The notes: generated by a model from the sequence alone, not told the origin. Positions 1 to 8,112 are shown, numbered from the stretch's first letter. The stretch: 24,829 nt of DNA from a virus (IMGVR_UViG_3300044814_000107:67224-92052); one strand, 5' to 3'. Numbers and translations are program-made.

Positions 1-512
1 TCCGCCCAGAGGATCCCGCCGCTCTCGTCGAGACCCCCGCGGTCGCGGCCGATCTGCGCGAAGAACGGGTGTCTACCAGGATTTCGCTCCCACTCGTTGT
101 TGACGATCCACGCCGCGCCCTTAGCCCCGTCCGATGCTATTCCCCAGGACGATCCGAGACCGGCGTGCGTGACGAGGAACTCGCCGACCGGGAACGCCGC
201 CTGCCAAGGAAGGCGGCGGATCGCGTGCTCGACCTGCGGGTCGCGCCAGAAGCCGTCAAACCTCGGACCGCCGAAGTACGGGTGCTCGTGATTGCCGATG
301 AGCAGCACGTCGAACCATTCCGGCGCTAGCTCGAGGCAGGCGAGGTCGTCGTCAATCGACCGGCCGACGCAGTTGCAGAGGTCGCCGATCTGGACGACGA
401 CATCGTCAGTCACGCGAGCAAGGGAGTCGTCGATCAGGCCCTCCTGCTTCATCAGGCCAGTGACGAGTTCGTGGTGCCCGTGGGCGTCAGCGACGACGAA
501 TACGTCCTTCAC
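1..512 (-). CDS. Calcineurin-like metallophosphoesterase (3' end runs off the window)
   Basis: Not in the ORF track because it has no stop in the window. Manual translation from GTG at 512 gives MKDVFVVADAHGHH...QIGDLCN...LLIGNHEHP...LVTHAG, containing the DxH, GDxxD-like, GNHE and H motifs. GTGA overlap with the upstream stop at 509-511. Confidence 0.85.
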   Translation of the reverse strand, partial: MKDVFVVADAHGHHELVTGLMKQEGLIDDSLARVTDDVVVQIGDLCNCVGRSIDDDLACLELAPEWFDVLLIGNHEHPYFGGPRFDGFWRDPQVEHAIRRLPWQAAFPVGEFLVTHAGLGSSWGIASDGAKGAAWIVNNEWERNPGRHPFFAQIGRDRGGLDESGGILWA

Positions 513-841
513 GTTGCGTAGTACCTCTCGAGGACGTGCATCAGGTCGAATGTACCCGCGAAGGTGAGGACGCGCATCGGGAGCGCCGCGAGGCGGATCG
601 GCTCCCGCCGGTTGTGGTGCCGCCGATGATGGCGCTCGCAGACGGCCGTACCGACGCGCGGGTCCCAGAGGTACTCCTCCAGGCCGTGCTTCCGGAGTTG
701 CTGCTGAGTAAGCCCGTGATGAGCCTGTAGGTCTCCCTCACACTCAGAGTCGGGTGACTCGGCGACGCAGCCCGCGTCGAGCGCGAGTACCGCGACCTTG
801 AAGTCGAGGCGCTGCTCCGCTTCCGTCATCGCGGTGTTCAA
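509..841 (-). CDS. Small HNH-like protein
   Basis: Start is TTG 841 (TTGA overlap with the HNH stop) or ATG 829. C..C...LQAHH...GTAVCERHHRRHH resembles an HNH/zinc-binding nuclease core. Confidence 0.55.
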   Translation of the reverse strand: MNTAMTEAEQRLDFKVAVLALDAGCVAESPDSECEGDLQAHHGLTQQQLRKHGLEEYLWDPRVGTAVCERHHRRHHNRREPIRLAALPMRVLTFAGTFDLMHVLERYYAT

Positions 842-1236
842 GCGGCCGCCGCGCGAAGCTCGCGGATCCGCTGGAAGCCGCGCCGCAGGTTCTCGGCGTG
901 GGTGACCGGCTCGAGGTGCGCCGGGTTGACGCATCCCTTGTTCGCGCAGAGATGATCGAGCTCGAGACCGTCCGGTACAGGCCCGACGTAGAACCCGTAG
1001 GAGACGACGTGAGCGATCAGCGGTTTCGCGTTCCTCGATCCCACGCCGCCACCCTTGATGATCCCGTAGCCGCCGCGAGGTCCAGGAATACGGCAGCCAG
1101 TCCAGGGCCAGCAGGGACCGAGTTCCGGCGCGTAGCTCGGGATCGGGCCGTCGCGGTCGATCTTTTCCTCGAACCGCTCGCGCAGCGGACGCAGTCGGCG
1201 GACGCGGCCGAGAGAGTCGGTCATCGTCTCGGTCAC
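838..1236 (-). CDS. HNH homing endonuclease (HNH_3-like)
   Basis: CWPWTG...GYG...AHVVSY...LELDHLCANKGCVNPAHLEPVTHAENLRRG. Confidence 0.9.
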   Translation of the reverse strand: MTETMTDSLGRVRRLRPLRERFEEKIDRDGPIPSYAPELGPCWPWTGCRIPGPRGGYGIIKGGGVGSRNAKPLIAHVVSYGFYVGPVPDGLELDHLCANKGCVNPAHLEPVTHAENLRRGFQRIRELRAAAA

Positions 1237-1697
1237 GTCCCGTCGAACCTACCGTAGTCGGAGATCCAGAGCGACCCCGGCGTCCACGCCGGCTCGTCGT
1301 CGCGGAAGAGGAACGTCGCCGCGCCGTAGCTGGTGCCGACCGGCGCGTTCGCGGCGAACTCCCACCGCTTCGAGAGGATCCGGCCGACCTCCTCCATGTC
1401 CGACGGCCGCCAGAGATAGACCTCCGCGCCGGCGCGAGCGAGCCCGTCGAGCCAATCGCGCTGGTCGGCGGAGACGGGAGTCGCTACGCGCTTCTCTCGC
1501 TTCGACTCGGCGAAGATGACGCGGTCGCGGACGAGGACGCGATCAGGGAACCCAGCGCGGCTCCCCTTGCTCCTCAGCGTGTGGTAGACGAGCCGCCAGC
1601 CGAGCATCGGGGCGAGGCCCTTCTGCGAGTTGAAGAGCGTCGTCTCCCACTCCTTCTCTAGCACGTCCTCCAAGGGCTTCGCGAGTCCGAGACTCAC
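1233..1697 (-). CDS. VRR-NUC-like PD-(D/E)xK nuclease (putative resolvase)
   Basis: GFPDRVLV...IFAESKRE...SADQRDWLDGL...GAEVYLWRPSD matches the VRR-NUC pattern. Confidence 0.7.
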   Translation of the reverse strand: MSLGLAKPLEDVLEKEWETTLFNSQKGLAPMLGWRLVYHTLRSKGSRAGFPDRVLVRDRVIFAESKREKRVATPVSADQRDWLDGLARAGAEVYLWRPSDMEEVGRILSKRWEFAANAPVGTSYGAATFLFRDDEPAWTPGSLWISDYGRFDGT

Positions 1698-1981
1698 CGC
1701 CGCGCCTCCGGGCAGCTCGACAGATGAAGGCTAGACCCGCAGCCCGCCATCTCCGTGCAACCGTCGAGCGCAGCGCGCGCGTCGATAGGCTGGCCGTGGA
1801 GTTCCTCGACCTCGACCGGGTCCGCGAGCCGCTCGGATGCGACCTCCAGTTCGTCGGCGAGGTCGAGCAGCATCGCGATCGGCACGTCGAACCGGGAGTC
1901 GGCCAGCTCGCCGAGGTCTCGGCGAACGCCCTCGTGCGCGCAGGCGCGGACTCCGCGCCTCAGCCGATCGAGGTCGCTCAC
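1694..1981 (-). CDS. Hypothetical protein (95 aa)
   Basis: GTG at 1981 overlaps the upstream stop (GTGA), and its stop overlaps the next start. Cys-containing C-terminus. Confidence 0.55.
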   Translation of the reverse strand: MSDLDRLRRGVRACAHEGVRRDLGELADSRFDVPIAMLLDLADELEVASERLADPVEVEELHGQPIDARAALDGCTEMAGCGSSLHLSSCPEARR

Positions 1982-2280
1982 TCGTCCTTGTCCGCCTCGA
2001 TCGCGAGCCGCGACTTCGGCGACGTCTCGAACGAGACGCTGCGCGCCGCCGACGTGACCTTCTTGATCCTGAAGCGGCCACACCGGGCGACCTCGCCGTC
2101 GGCGAGCTCGAACTCGGAAAGGAGCGCCTTCGCGCGGTCGTCCGCCTCGCGGAACTGGCGGGTCAGCTCGTTCTTGCTGTTCTTCCGCTTCTCGCGGGTC
2201 TCGAGCGCCTCCTCGAGGTCGCTCCTGCCCTCGATCACCTGCTCGTCGAGCGCGGTCTGCGGGGCTTCTACGACTGCCAT
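1978..2280 (-). CDS. Hypothetical protein (100 aa, coiled-coil)
   Basis: ATG with strong SD AAGGAGG. Protein-like charged helical composition. Confidence 0.8.
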   Translation of the reverse strand: MAVVEAPQTALDEQVIEGRSDLEEALETREKRKNSKNELTRQFREADDRAKALLSEFELADGEVARCGRFRIKKVTSAARSVSFETSPKSRLAIEADKDE

Positions 2281-3066
2281 CTATCGCCTCCTTGTTCGGA
2301 TAGTGGTACGTCTCTCGATCAGAGTCTCTACCGGGAGCGCCGCAACGATGTACGCAGGGTCGGCGATCCCCGTCTGCTTGACGGCGCTCGCGATGACCGC
2401 ATCGACAGCTTCGAGCAGCGCAAGCACGTCTGCGGATTGCCGGACAACTACTGCGGCCGTGTCGATCCCCGCTACCGCCGCCGTGATTCCGGCCGCATCA
2501 GCGGTCTCGTCGTCGAGTCCCTCGCTGAGCCGCGATAGCGTCGAGCGCGCCGTCGAGAGCCCCCGCGCAGCGTCGACAGCGTCGGCCGAACTCCGGCTGG
2601 TCGGCGCGAGGACTTCCTGCTTCGGCCGAGGCCCTTTCGCTGCTCGCCGGTCGCGGACGACCTCCCGCAGTTCGGCTACCGAGAGACCCTGCTCCTCGGC
2701 GCGGCGCAGCAGCGCGTTCTGTTCGGTCGGCTCGAGCGGCGCGACCTCCTCATGGTGAGAAAAGGACAGATTCTCCCGACGTCGGGAGCGCGCGATCTGC
2801 TGGCAGACGTAGCGGTAGCGGTTGAGCTGGCGCTCGCTGAGGCGGGAGGCGTGGAGCGCTTGGGCGTACTCCTCCCCGTAGCGGGCCTCGCCGAAGACGA
2901 GCAGGTCTCCGAGCCACCAACGGGCGCTGTCGCCGATAGCGGCGCAACCGGCGAGCGCGGACTCGAACCGCTCGTAGGTGAAGGTCGCGTCGGTGACCGC
3001 GAGGGAGGTCGTCGAGACCTCGACGCCGGGGCCGAGCCGCTCGAGCGACGTCGCTATGGCGCTCAT
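2281..3066 (-). CDS. LmbU-family-like DNA-binding protein
   Basis: ATG 3066 (ATGA overlap). WWLGDLLVFGEARYGEEY...YRYV...SRRRENLSFSHHEEVAPL...EQ...AEEQGLSVAELR matches my recollection of the LmbU-family core. Confidence 0.65.
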   Translation of the reverse strand: MSAIATSLERLGPGVEVSTTSLAVTDATFTYERFESALAGCAAIGDSARWWLGDLLVFGEARYGEEYAQALHASRLSERQLNRYRYVCQQIARSRRRENLSFSHHEEVAPLEPTEQNALLRRAEEQGLSVAELREVVRDRRAAKGPRPKQEVLAPTSRSSADAVDAARGLSTARSTLSRLSEGLDDETADAAGITAAVAGIDTAAVVVRQSADVLALLEAVDAVIASAVKQTGIADPAYIVAALPVETLIERRTTIRTRRR

Positions 3067-4874
3067 CGGATCGCCTCCGCGAACTCGTCTGACAGCCGCG
3101 CCCCGCTTTTCTGGACGAGACCGAGTTTCCGCAGGTTGGACAGGATGACCCCGATCGTCGAGGCTGTCGAGGAGTAGCCCGTCCGGTCGGCAAGTTCGGC
3201 GGTCGGCAGCGCGTCCGGGTAGGCGTCTACGAGAGCCAGAAGGACGCGCCGCTCGCCGATTCCCACGCGGGGGTGCTGCAGCCACGCCTCGAGGAGATCG
3301 GGGCCGGTCGGACGCTCGACGGGGCCTCCGACAGCGGCGAGTCCCGCCTCAGTCGGCCGGATCGGCTGACCCGGATGGACTAGACCAGCCTTACGGAGGC
3401 CAGAGAGAATGACTCCGATCGTCGAGGCGCGGGCGGAGTAACCGGCGAGGAAGGCAAGTTCGTTCGACGTTCGCCCGTCAGGGAACTCCGCGAGGACGCC
3501 AAGCACCTTGCGTTCGCCCTTACCGAGCGATGTTTCCGGCTGCTGTCGCGCTGGGGCGACAGGCCGTCGCAGCGAAGCGACAGTCGGCTCGGCGGGACGC
3601 GGGCGTTCACGGACGACCGGCTCACTGGCCGGGACGGCCGTAGCGACCTTCTCCGCGCGCTCGATGAGCGAGGCGAGAGCTTCGAGTTTCTGAGTCGCCG
3701 CCAATACGTCTACGCCGGCCAGTCTCTTGAGAAGACTTCGATCATCGGCGGTCAGCGCCGATACCTCGACCTTGTCGGACGGAACGAGGCCGCGCACCCG
3801 TTCGGCGAAGTCCGGGTCATCGGGGTTCAGCCATCCCTGCTCGCGGAAGTAGGTGCCCCACGCGGGCTCGTCTTCGGTACTTAGGAGCGGACTCGCCCGC
3901 TCTTCCAGAGCTGCCTCGGCGGCGCGTAGACGCTTACGAAGTTCGGCTGGGTCGTTCTCCTTCGCTCGCTCCGCGGTGCGGCGGATCTCGTCCCCGAGCG
4001 CGTCGAGGTCGAGTTCCTGCCGGACGGACGGCTCGGTGCGCTGCTGCCCTGGCTTCGGCGTCTCGTACGAGTCGAACGTCTTGATCCTGCGAAGCGCGAG
4101 CTTCTGCAAGATGCCGCGCAGTGGTGACCAGACCCACGCCGTGCCGGTCGGAAGGCTGTCGAGGGTCCCGATGACACCCTCGCGGTCGTCCTCGTGCTTC
4201 TCGCGGATCCAGTCTTGGACGGCGTCGCGTGCGCGCGGCGAGAGCATCCGCATCACGAGTAGCGTCTCGATCAGGTCGAGGATCGCCTTATTGAGCGCCT
4301 GCGTCCGCTGCGTCGTAAGCACGACGCCGAGGCCGCGCGACCGACCGAGTCCGACGACGTCCTCCATCGCGCCCATCAGCCGAGCTGAATCGCCCTTGAA
4401 GCCGCCGCGGGGCGTTTGCGGCGCGTAGAAGTGCGCCTCGTCCATGACGAGCAGCAGCGTCGACCGCGACCGCGCCTTCCGGTCGTAGAGCCGCTCGAGG
4501 AAGTCAGCGGCAAACTTGATCGCGGCGGATTTCGAGAAGTCGCTCAGGTCGAGTACGAACGAGTGACCCGAGTCCACGACGAGGTTGGCTATCAGGGCGC
4601 CGGCGTGCGACTCGAGCGGGACGTCTCCGTGGGGGCCACCGAGGACGTAGATCGGGAGTCCGGGGCCGTCTCCGTTCGCGTTCGAGCGGAGACCGTGGTA
4701 GACGCCTGTCCGATCGAAGATCACCGACTGGACGCCGAGCGCGAACGCCTCCTCGACGATCACGGCTGATCCCGAGGACTTACCAGCTCCGCGCGTAGCG
4801 ACGATCGCCGTGGCCTCGGTGACGAGCTCGATTGGCAGCGTGAACCCGCGGGCGATCTTCAGACCCGTCGTCAC
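3063..4874 (-). CDS. HerA/FtsK-superfamily (DUF87-like) ATPase with two C-terminal winged-helix repeats
   Basis: True start GTG 4874 (GTGA overlap). Walker A TRGAGKS, Walker B LLLVMDEAH, and GRSRGLGVVLTTQR. Duplicated C-terminal motif ERxVL...GYS...STIGVILSxLRKxGLV. Confidence 0.8.
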   Translation of the reverse strand: MTTGLKIARGFTLPIELVTEATAIVATRGAGKSSGSAVIVEEAFALGVQSVIFDRTGVYHGLRSNANGDGPGLPIYVLGGPHGDVPLESHAGALIANLVVDSGHSFVLDLSDFSKSAAIKFAADFLERLYDRKARSRSTLLLVMDEAHFYAPQTPRGGFKGDSARLMGAMEDVVGLGRSRGLGVVLTTQRTQALNKAILDLIETLLVMRMLSPRARDAVQDWIREKHEDDREGVIGTLDSLPTGTAWVWSPLRGILQKLALRRIKTFDSYETPKPGQQRTEPSVRQELDLDALGDEIRRTAERAKENDPAELRKRLRAAEAALEERASPLLSTEDEPAWGTYFREQGWLNPDDPDFAERVRGLVPSDKVEVSALTADDRSLLKRLAGVDVLAATQKLEALASLIERAEKVATAVPASEPVVRERPRPAEPTVASLRRPVAPARQQPETSLGKGERKVLGVLAEFPDGRTSNELAFLAGYSARASTIGVILSGLRKAGLVHPGQPIRPTEAGLAAVGGPVERPTGPDLLEAWLQHPRVGIGERRVLLALVDAYPDALPTAELADRTGYSSTASTIGVILSNLRKLGLVQKSGARLSDEFAEAIR

Positions 4875-5308
4875 TTCGCGGTGGCTCTCCACGGCTTCTC
4901 GATGTCGCGCTTCGCGAGGTCCGCCGCGGCGGCATAGTCGGGGTTCGCGGCGACGAGCTGGCGGAGGACGGCGCGGTCGACCTTGTACGTGATCTCTTCC
5001 TTGACGACGGCGCGGATCCGATCCTCGGGGCATCCGGCCTCGCGGAGGAGTTCCTCGAGCGTGTGTGCGTCGTACTCGACGGTCGGCCCTCCAGAGAGGG
5101 AGACGTCGCCGGCCGCTGTGTGGAACGTCTTGGTTCCCTCTCTCCGTGACTGCTCGAGCAGGAAGTCGGTTGCGGCGCCGATCTCGTCGTCGATACGGCG
5201 CTTCAAGTCGCGGCCGACGGTGAGGACGCGATGCGCGTTCTCCGTCGTCGCGGGGAGCGCCTCGCCCGAGAGGACGTCTACGAGGTGGCGCTGCTCCGCG
5301 ATCTCCAT
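4871..5308 (-). CDS. Hypothetical protein (145 aa), leaderless start
   Basis: Clean ORF. ATG lies 7 nt after a TACGTT -10 box. Confidence 0.8.
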   Translation of the reverse strand: MEIAEQRHLVDVLSGEALPATTENAHRVLTVGRDLKRRIDDEIGAATDFLLEQSRREGTKTFHTAAGDVSLSGGPTVEYDAHTLEELLREAGCPEDRIRAVVKEEITYKVDRAVLRQLVAANPDYAAAADLAKRDIEKPWRATAK

Positions 5309-5315
5309 AGCTACG

Positions 5316-5337
5316 AACGTAGCGTCGGCGTCGGACG
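5316..5337 (-). promoter_or_regulatory. Putative promoter CGTCCG-N10-TACGTT
   Basis: Copy of the recurring bipartite motif, 7 nt upstream of ATG 5308. Confidence 0.65.
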
Positions 5338-5340
5338 GAC

Positions 5341-5667
5341 TTAGGCGGCGCGCGCGACGTCGAGATCGTCGAGATAGCCACGGAAGATCCCGTCGGCGAG
5401 CTGCACCGAGGAGAGGTTCCGACGTGCAGCCTCGACGCGGAACTTCTTCGCGAGGCTCTCGCTGACCGGGATCTGCAGGCCGACTCCACCGCGCGATCCG
5501 TTGCCGCGCTTGCCGCTTCCGATGAACCTGCAGCCGAGCTTCTCGGCGAGGATCGAGCCGGTGAGGTCGTTCAGGCTCATCTCGCGCTCCTCGGCGACAG
5601 CGACGAGGCGCGTCTTGATCTCGGGGTCGAGCTTGTAGATGTGGAGGTTCACGAGCTTGCCGATCAC
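5341..5667 (-). CDS. Tandem ribbon-helix-helix DNA-binding protein (108 aa)
   Basis: GTG 5667 (GTGA overlap). Two strand-helix-helix units: VNLHIYKLDPEIKTRLVAVAEEREMSLNDLTGSILAEKL and VGLQIPVSESLAKKFRVEAARRNLSSVQLADGIFRGYL. Confidence 0.65.
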   Translation of the reverse strand: MIGKLVNLHIYKLDPEIKTRLVAVAEEREMSLNDLTGSILAEKLGCRFIGSGKRGNGSRGGVGLQIPVSESLAKKFRVEAARRNLSSVQLADGIFRGYLDDLDVARAA

Positions 5668-5951
5668 GCGACGACCGTAGCAGAGGGACCGGATGACGCG
5701 CCAGCGCGGGAGCGGCTCCACGTCGCGACGATCTGTCCGCCGTCGTAGAGGCTGGCCCAGATAGGTGGGTTCGCTAGCTCGGCTTCCGCGGTCGGCTGGT
5801 TCGGGGCGTCTGCCTCTGACCACAGTTCGGCGCGGTACCAAGCGAGCCGCCAGCCGGGATCGTCGCGCCAGTCCTGCTTGATCGCTTCTTCTGATTCCGG
5901 AAGAAACTCGGCCGACTCTCCACGCGCAAGGTCGTCGAAGTCGTCGCTCAT
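5664..5951 (-). CDS. Hypothetical protein (95 aa, acidic/Trp-rich)
   Basis: ATGA overlap with the GroES-like gene stop. Fills the gap exactly. Confidence 0.65.
   Translation of the reverse strand: MSDDFDDLARGESAEFLPESEEAIKQDWRDDPGWRLAWYRAELWSEADAPNQPTAEAELANPPIWASLYDGGQIVATWSRSRAGASSGPSATVVA
5674..5695 (-). promoter_or_regulatory. Putative promoter CATCCG-N10-TACGGT
   Basis: Motif copy, 6 nt upstream of GTG 5667 (leaderless). Confidence 0.6.
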
Positions 5952-6241
5952 GCCGCGTGCGGCTCTTCGTAGGCGAGGATGTCCCTTCGTTCGACGACGA
6001 CGACGTCGAGGATCGTGACGCCGTTCCGGTAGTAGACGACCGTCCCCGGCGCGATGTCCGTACCGCTCTCGGTCGGCTCGTCGCGTAGCCGGTCGACTGC
6101 GAGGACGATCCCGCGGCTGACTCCGCCATCCTGATCGTGCTTATGCGGAAGAACGAGTCCCGAGCCGAGCTCGGTCTCGTCGACGGGCGACTCGGAGAGG
6201 GTGACGCGGCCCCAGTAGGGAAGTACGTTCGCGATCGTCAC
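5948..6241 (-). CDS. GroES/Cpn10-like co-chaperonin
   Basis: GTG 6241 (GTGA overlap), 97 aa. PYWGRVTL...E..GSGLVLP...RGIVLAV...IAPGTVVYY..G.TI...VERRDILA aligns by eye to GroES (PLxDRV, SGIVLP mobile loop, GxVxAVG, ESDILA). Confidence 0.75.
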   Translation of the reverse strand: MTIANVLPYWGRVTLSESPVDETELGSGLVLPHKHDQDGGVSRGIVLAVDRLRDEPTESGTDIAPGTVVYYRNGVTILDVVVVERRDILAYEEPHAA

Positions 6242-7020
6242 CCTGCTCTGCCTCGACGCGAGGCTCGCTCGAGCGTGACCCCGACGCTGCCGTCGTAGAG
6301 GCGGTCCGCGATTCGTCGGCCGAGTAGCTTGTCCGTCTCGCCGAGACGAGCGGCGAGCTGCGGTGACTGGTAGTTCGTCGTCACGATCGTCGGTCTCCGC
6401 GCGTCGTACCGGGCCTGGACGAGTCCGGCGAGCCGCTCGAGCGCGTACTCGGTGGGCCGCTCGGCGCCGAGGTCGTCGAGGGCGAGGACGCGGACGTTGC
6501 AGGCGAACCGATAGAGCGTGGAGCCGTCGTATTCCGTGGGGTCGTTCATCTCCGCTCTCAGGGCGTCGAGCAGGTCGCGCCAGACGATGAGCAGCGCGAC
6601 GTTCGACGGGGTCCCGGCGCGGAACTCCTCGTCGAGTCCGAAGTAACGCTCGATCTCGTCGGCGACGATCTGGCGGACGAGACCCCACGCGAGTCCCGTT
6701 TTCCCTGCCCCGATGTCACCGACGAGCCAGAGGTTCTGCCGTTCTCCGGCGCGGTACCGCTCGAGCCAGCCGCGCGCGAACTGCAGCGCCGCCTGGCCGT
6801 CCTCGGGGTACGTCTCGAGCGTCAGCTCGAGGAGCCGCTCAGTAGCGCCGGCGCGACGCAGCGCCGCGGCTTCCGCCTGCGCCCGGTCGCGTACGTCCTG
6901 CTCTCGCCGCTCGCGCTCGGCGCAGTCCGGGCAGTAGCGGACGGCGATCTTCTGGCCGAGGATCTCGAGGGTAGGAGCGGGGCGGCCGCAGCCGCCAGCG
7001 CAGACTCTTTCGTCGGTCAC
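6238..7020 (-). CDS. DnaC/IstB-like AAA+ helicase loader
   Basis: N-terminal CxxxC...CPDC zinc site, Walker A GDIGAGKT, Walker B LALDDLGAE, and RRPTIVTTN. Immediately downstream of the initiator. Confidence 0.85.
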   Translation of the reverse strand: MTDERVCAGGCGRPAPTLEILGQKIAVRYCPDCAERERREQDVRDRAQAEAAALRRAGATERLLELTLETYPEDGQAALQFARGWLERYRAGERQNLWLVGDIGAGKTGLAWGLVRQIVADEIERYFGLDEEFRAGTPSNVALLIVWRDLLDALRAEMNDPTEYDGSTLYRFACNVRVLALDDLGAERPTEYALERLAGLVQARYDARRPTIVTTNYQSPQLAARLGETDKLLGRRIADRLYDGSVGVTLERASRRGRAG

Positions 7021-7058
7021 AGACCTGCGTAGTACGAGTCGTCTCTTTTCAGATTCAC
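7017..7058 (-). CDS. Putative leaderless 13-aa uORF coupled to the DnaC-like gene
   Basis: GTG 7 nt after a TACGGT -10 box, encoding MNLKRDDSYYAGL. Its TGA overlaps the loader GTG (GTGA). Confidence 0.35.
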   Translation of the reverse strand: MNLKRDDSYYAGL

Positions 7059-7065
7059 CCCTACG

Positions 7066-7087
7066 ACCGTAGCGGGAGCAGCGGACG
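7066..7087 (-). promoter_or_regulatory. Putative promoter CGTCCG-N10-TACGGT
   Basis: Motif copy in the initiator-loader intergenic gap. Confidence 0.65.
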
Positions 7088-7094
7088 ATCTCTT

Positions 7095-8084
7095 CTAGTA
7101 GCCGCCGCCGCCGAACTCGGAGAAGTCGGCCGCGGGCGCGCCTCGCCGTGTACGTGGCATGTTGCCGAGCGGATCGGCGTCCGGTACGAACCTGTCGAGA
7201 CCGCGCTGTAGGAAGTGGAGCAGCGTCCAACGGTGACTCCAGACGTACTCGTCGCTGGCGAGGACCTTCGCGTAGTTCTCGATCGCCGCAACGACCTCGT
7301 CGACGGAGTAGACCTTCAATGCACCGTTGATCGCGCCCTGCGTCTTGTCGGCCTGAAGTACCGCTTCTCGATGGGGCATCAGTGGCGGCGCGAGCCGGGT
7401 CCAGGTCGCGGCGATGAGCGACTTAGGGTGCGGACTCATGCCCTGGTCTTGAAGTTCATCTTGAATAGAAGGAGAGACCGGCAGCTTTTTCCGTTCTGGA
7501 TCGGCAGCTTTTTCCGCTTGGCGCTCCTGACCGGCAGATATTGCCGATCTAGGCGGGACGGTAAGGACGTAGACGTTTCTTAGCCCCCGACCTCGTCTCT
7601 GCGTCTTTACGAGATTCGCGGTGCGCAGTTCCGAGGTAGCCGTCCGCAGCGTCCGCTCCGAGCACTGAGCCATCGCCGCTAGTCCTTCTTGGCCCGGCCA
7701 CTCCTCGTTCGGCCGCCACGAGAGGTGGAGCAGGACGACGAACAGCCGGAAAGCGACGGGGCTGAGCTCGATGTCGAGCAGAATTGCGTTCGGGACCATC
7801 GTGAATCCGCGCTGCCAGAGACCGTCGGACCACCGGACGTTCCGATCATCGACTCGATCCCCCTTCGATGAGTTACAGGGCTGGCAGAGAAGCTGAAGAT
7901 TTTCCAGTACGTCTGGGCCGCGAGGATCGACGTGGTCGAGGGTTAGACCTGCCGTTGCGCCGCAGTGCTGACAGACCGCACCATCGCGAGCGACCAATAG
8001 GTCGAAGAGTTGCCGCTTCCGAGGATTGGTTATCTCGGTGAGCGGTAGCTCTAGGCCCACCGTGTCATCCGACACGGCTGCCAC
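7095..8084 (-). CDS. Phage replication initiator (HTH_36 / lambda O-like) with N-terminal HNH domain
   Basis: N-terminus CQHCG...LTLDHVDPRG...ENLQLLCQPCNSSKG (HNH). Middle GFTMVPNAIL...LSPVAFRLF..L...WPGQEGLA...SERTLRTATSELRTANLV..QRRG..NVY (wHTH). Followed by a DnaC-like loader. Start is GTG 8084 or 8075. Confidence 0.8.
   Translation of the reverse strand: MAAVSDDTVGLELPLTEITNPRKRQLFDLLVARDGAVCQHCGATAGLTLDHVDPRGPDVLENLQLLCQPCNSSKGDRVDDRNVRWSDGLWQRGFTMVPNAILLDIELSPVAFRLFVVLLHLSWRPNEEWPGQEGLAAMAQCSERTLRTATSELRTANLVKTQRRGRGLRNVYVLTVPPRSAISAGQERQAEKAADPERKKLPVSPSIQDELQDQGMSPHPKSLIAATWTRLAPPLMPHREAVLQADKTQGAINGALKVYSVDEVVAAIENYAKVLASDEYVWSHRWTLLHFLQRGLDRFVPDADPLGNMPRTRRGAPAADFSEFGGGGY
7447..7546. 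repeat. Putative replication origin: three 18-bp iterons plus an AT-rich segment inside the initiator gene
   Basis: GACCGGCAGCTTTTTCCG (7476), GATCGGCAGCTTTTTCCG (7499) and GACCGGCAGATATTGCCG (7529), with adjacent AT-rich TCTTGAAGTTCATCTTGAATAGAA (7447-7470). Confidence 0.6.
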
Positions 8085-8112
8085 GCTGCCTTCGTCGTCC
8101 TCACAGCGACAG

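Noticed and set aside
4875-5489. N-terminal 205 aa of the 808-aa ORF 3063..5489 (also the extensions of ORFs 5341..6129, 5948..6688, 6238..7230 and 2281..3285)
   Set aside because: Arg/Pro-rich low-complexity frames overlapping real genes. True starts are at the GTGA/ATGA overlaps.
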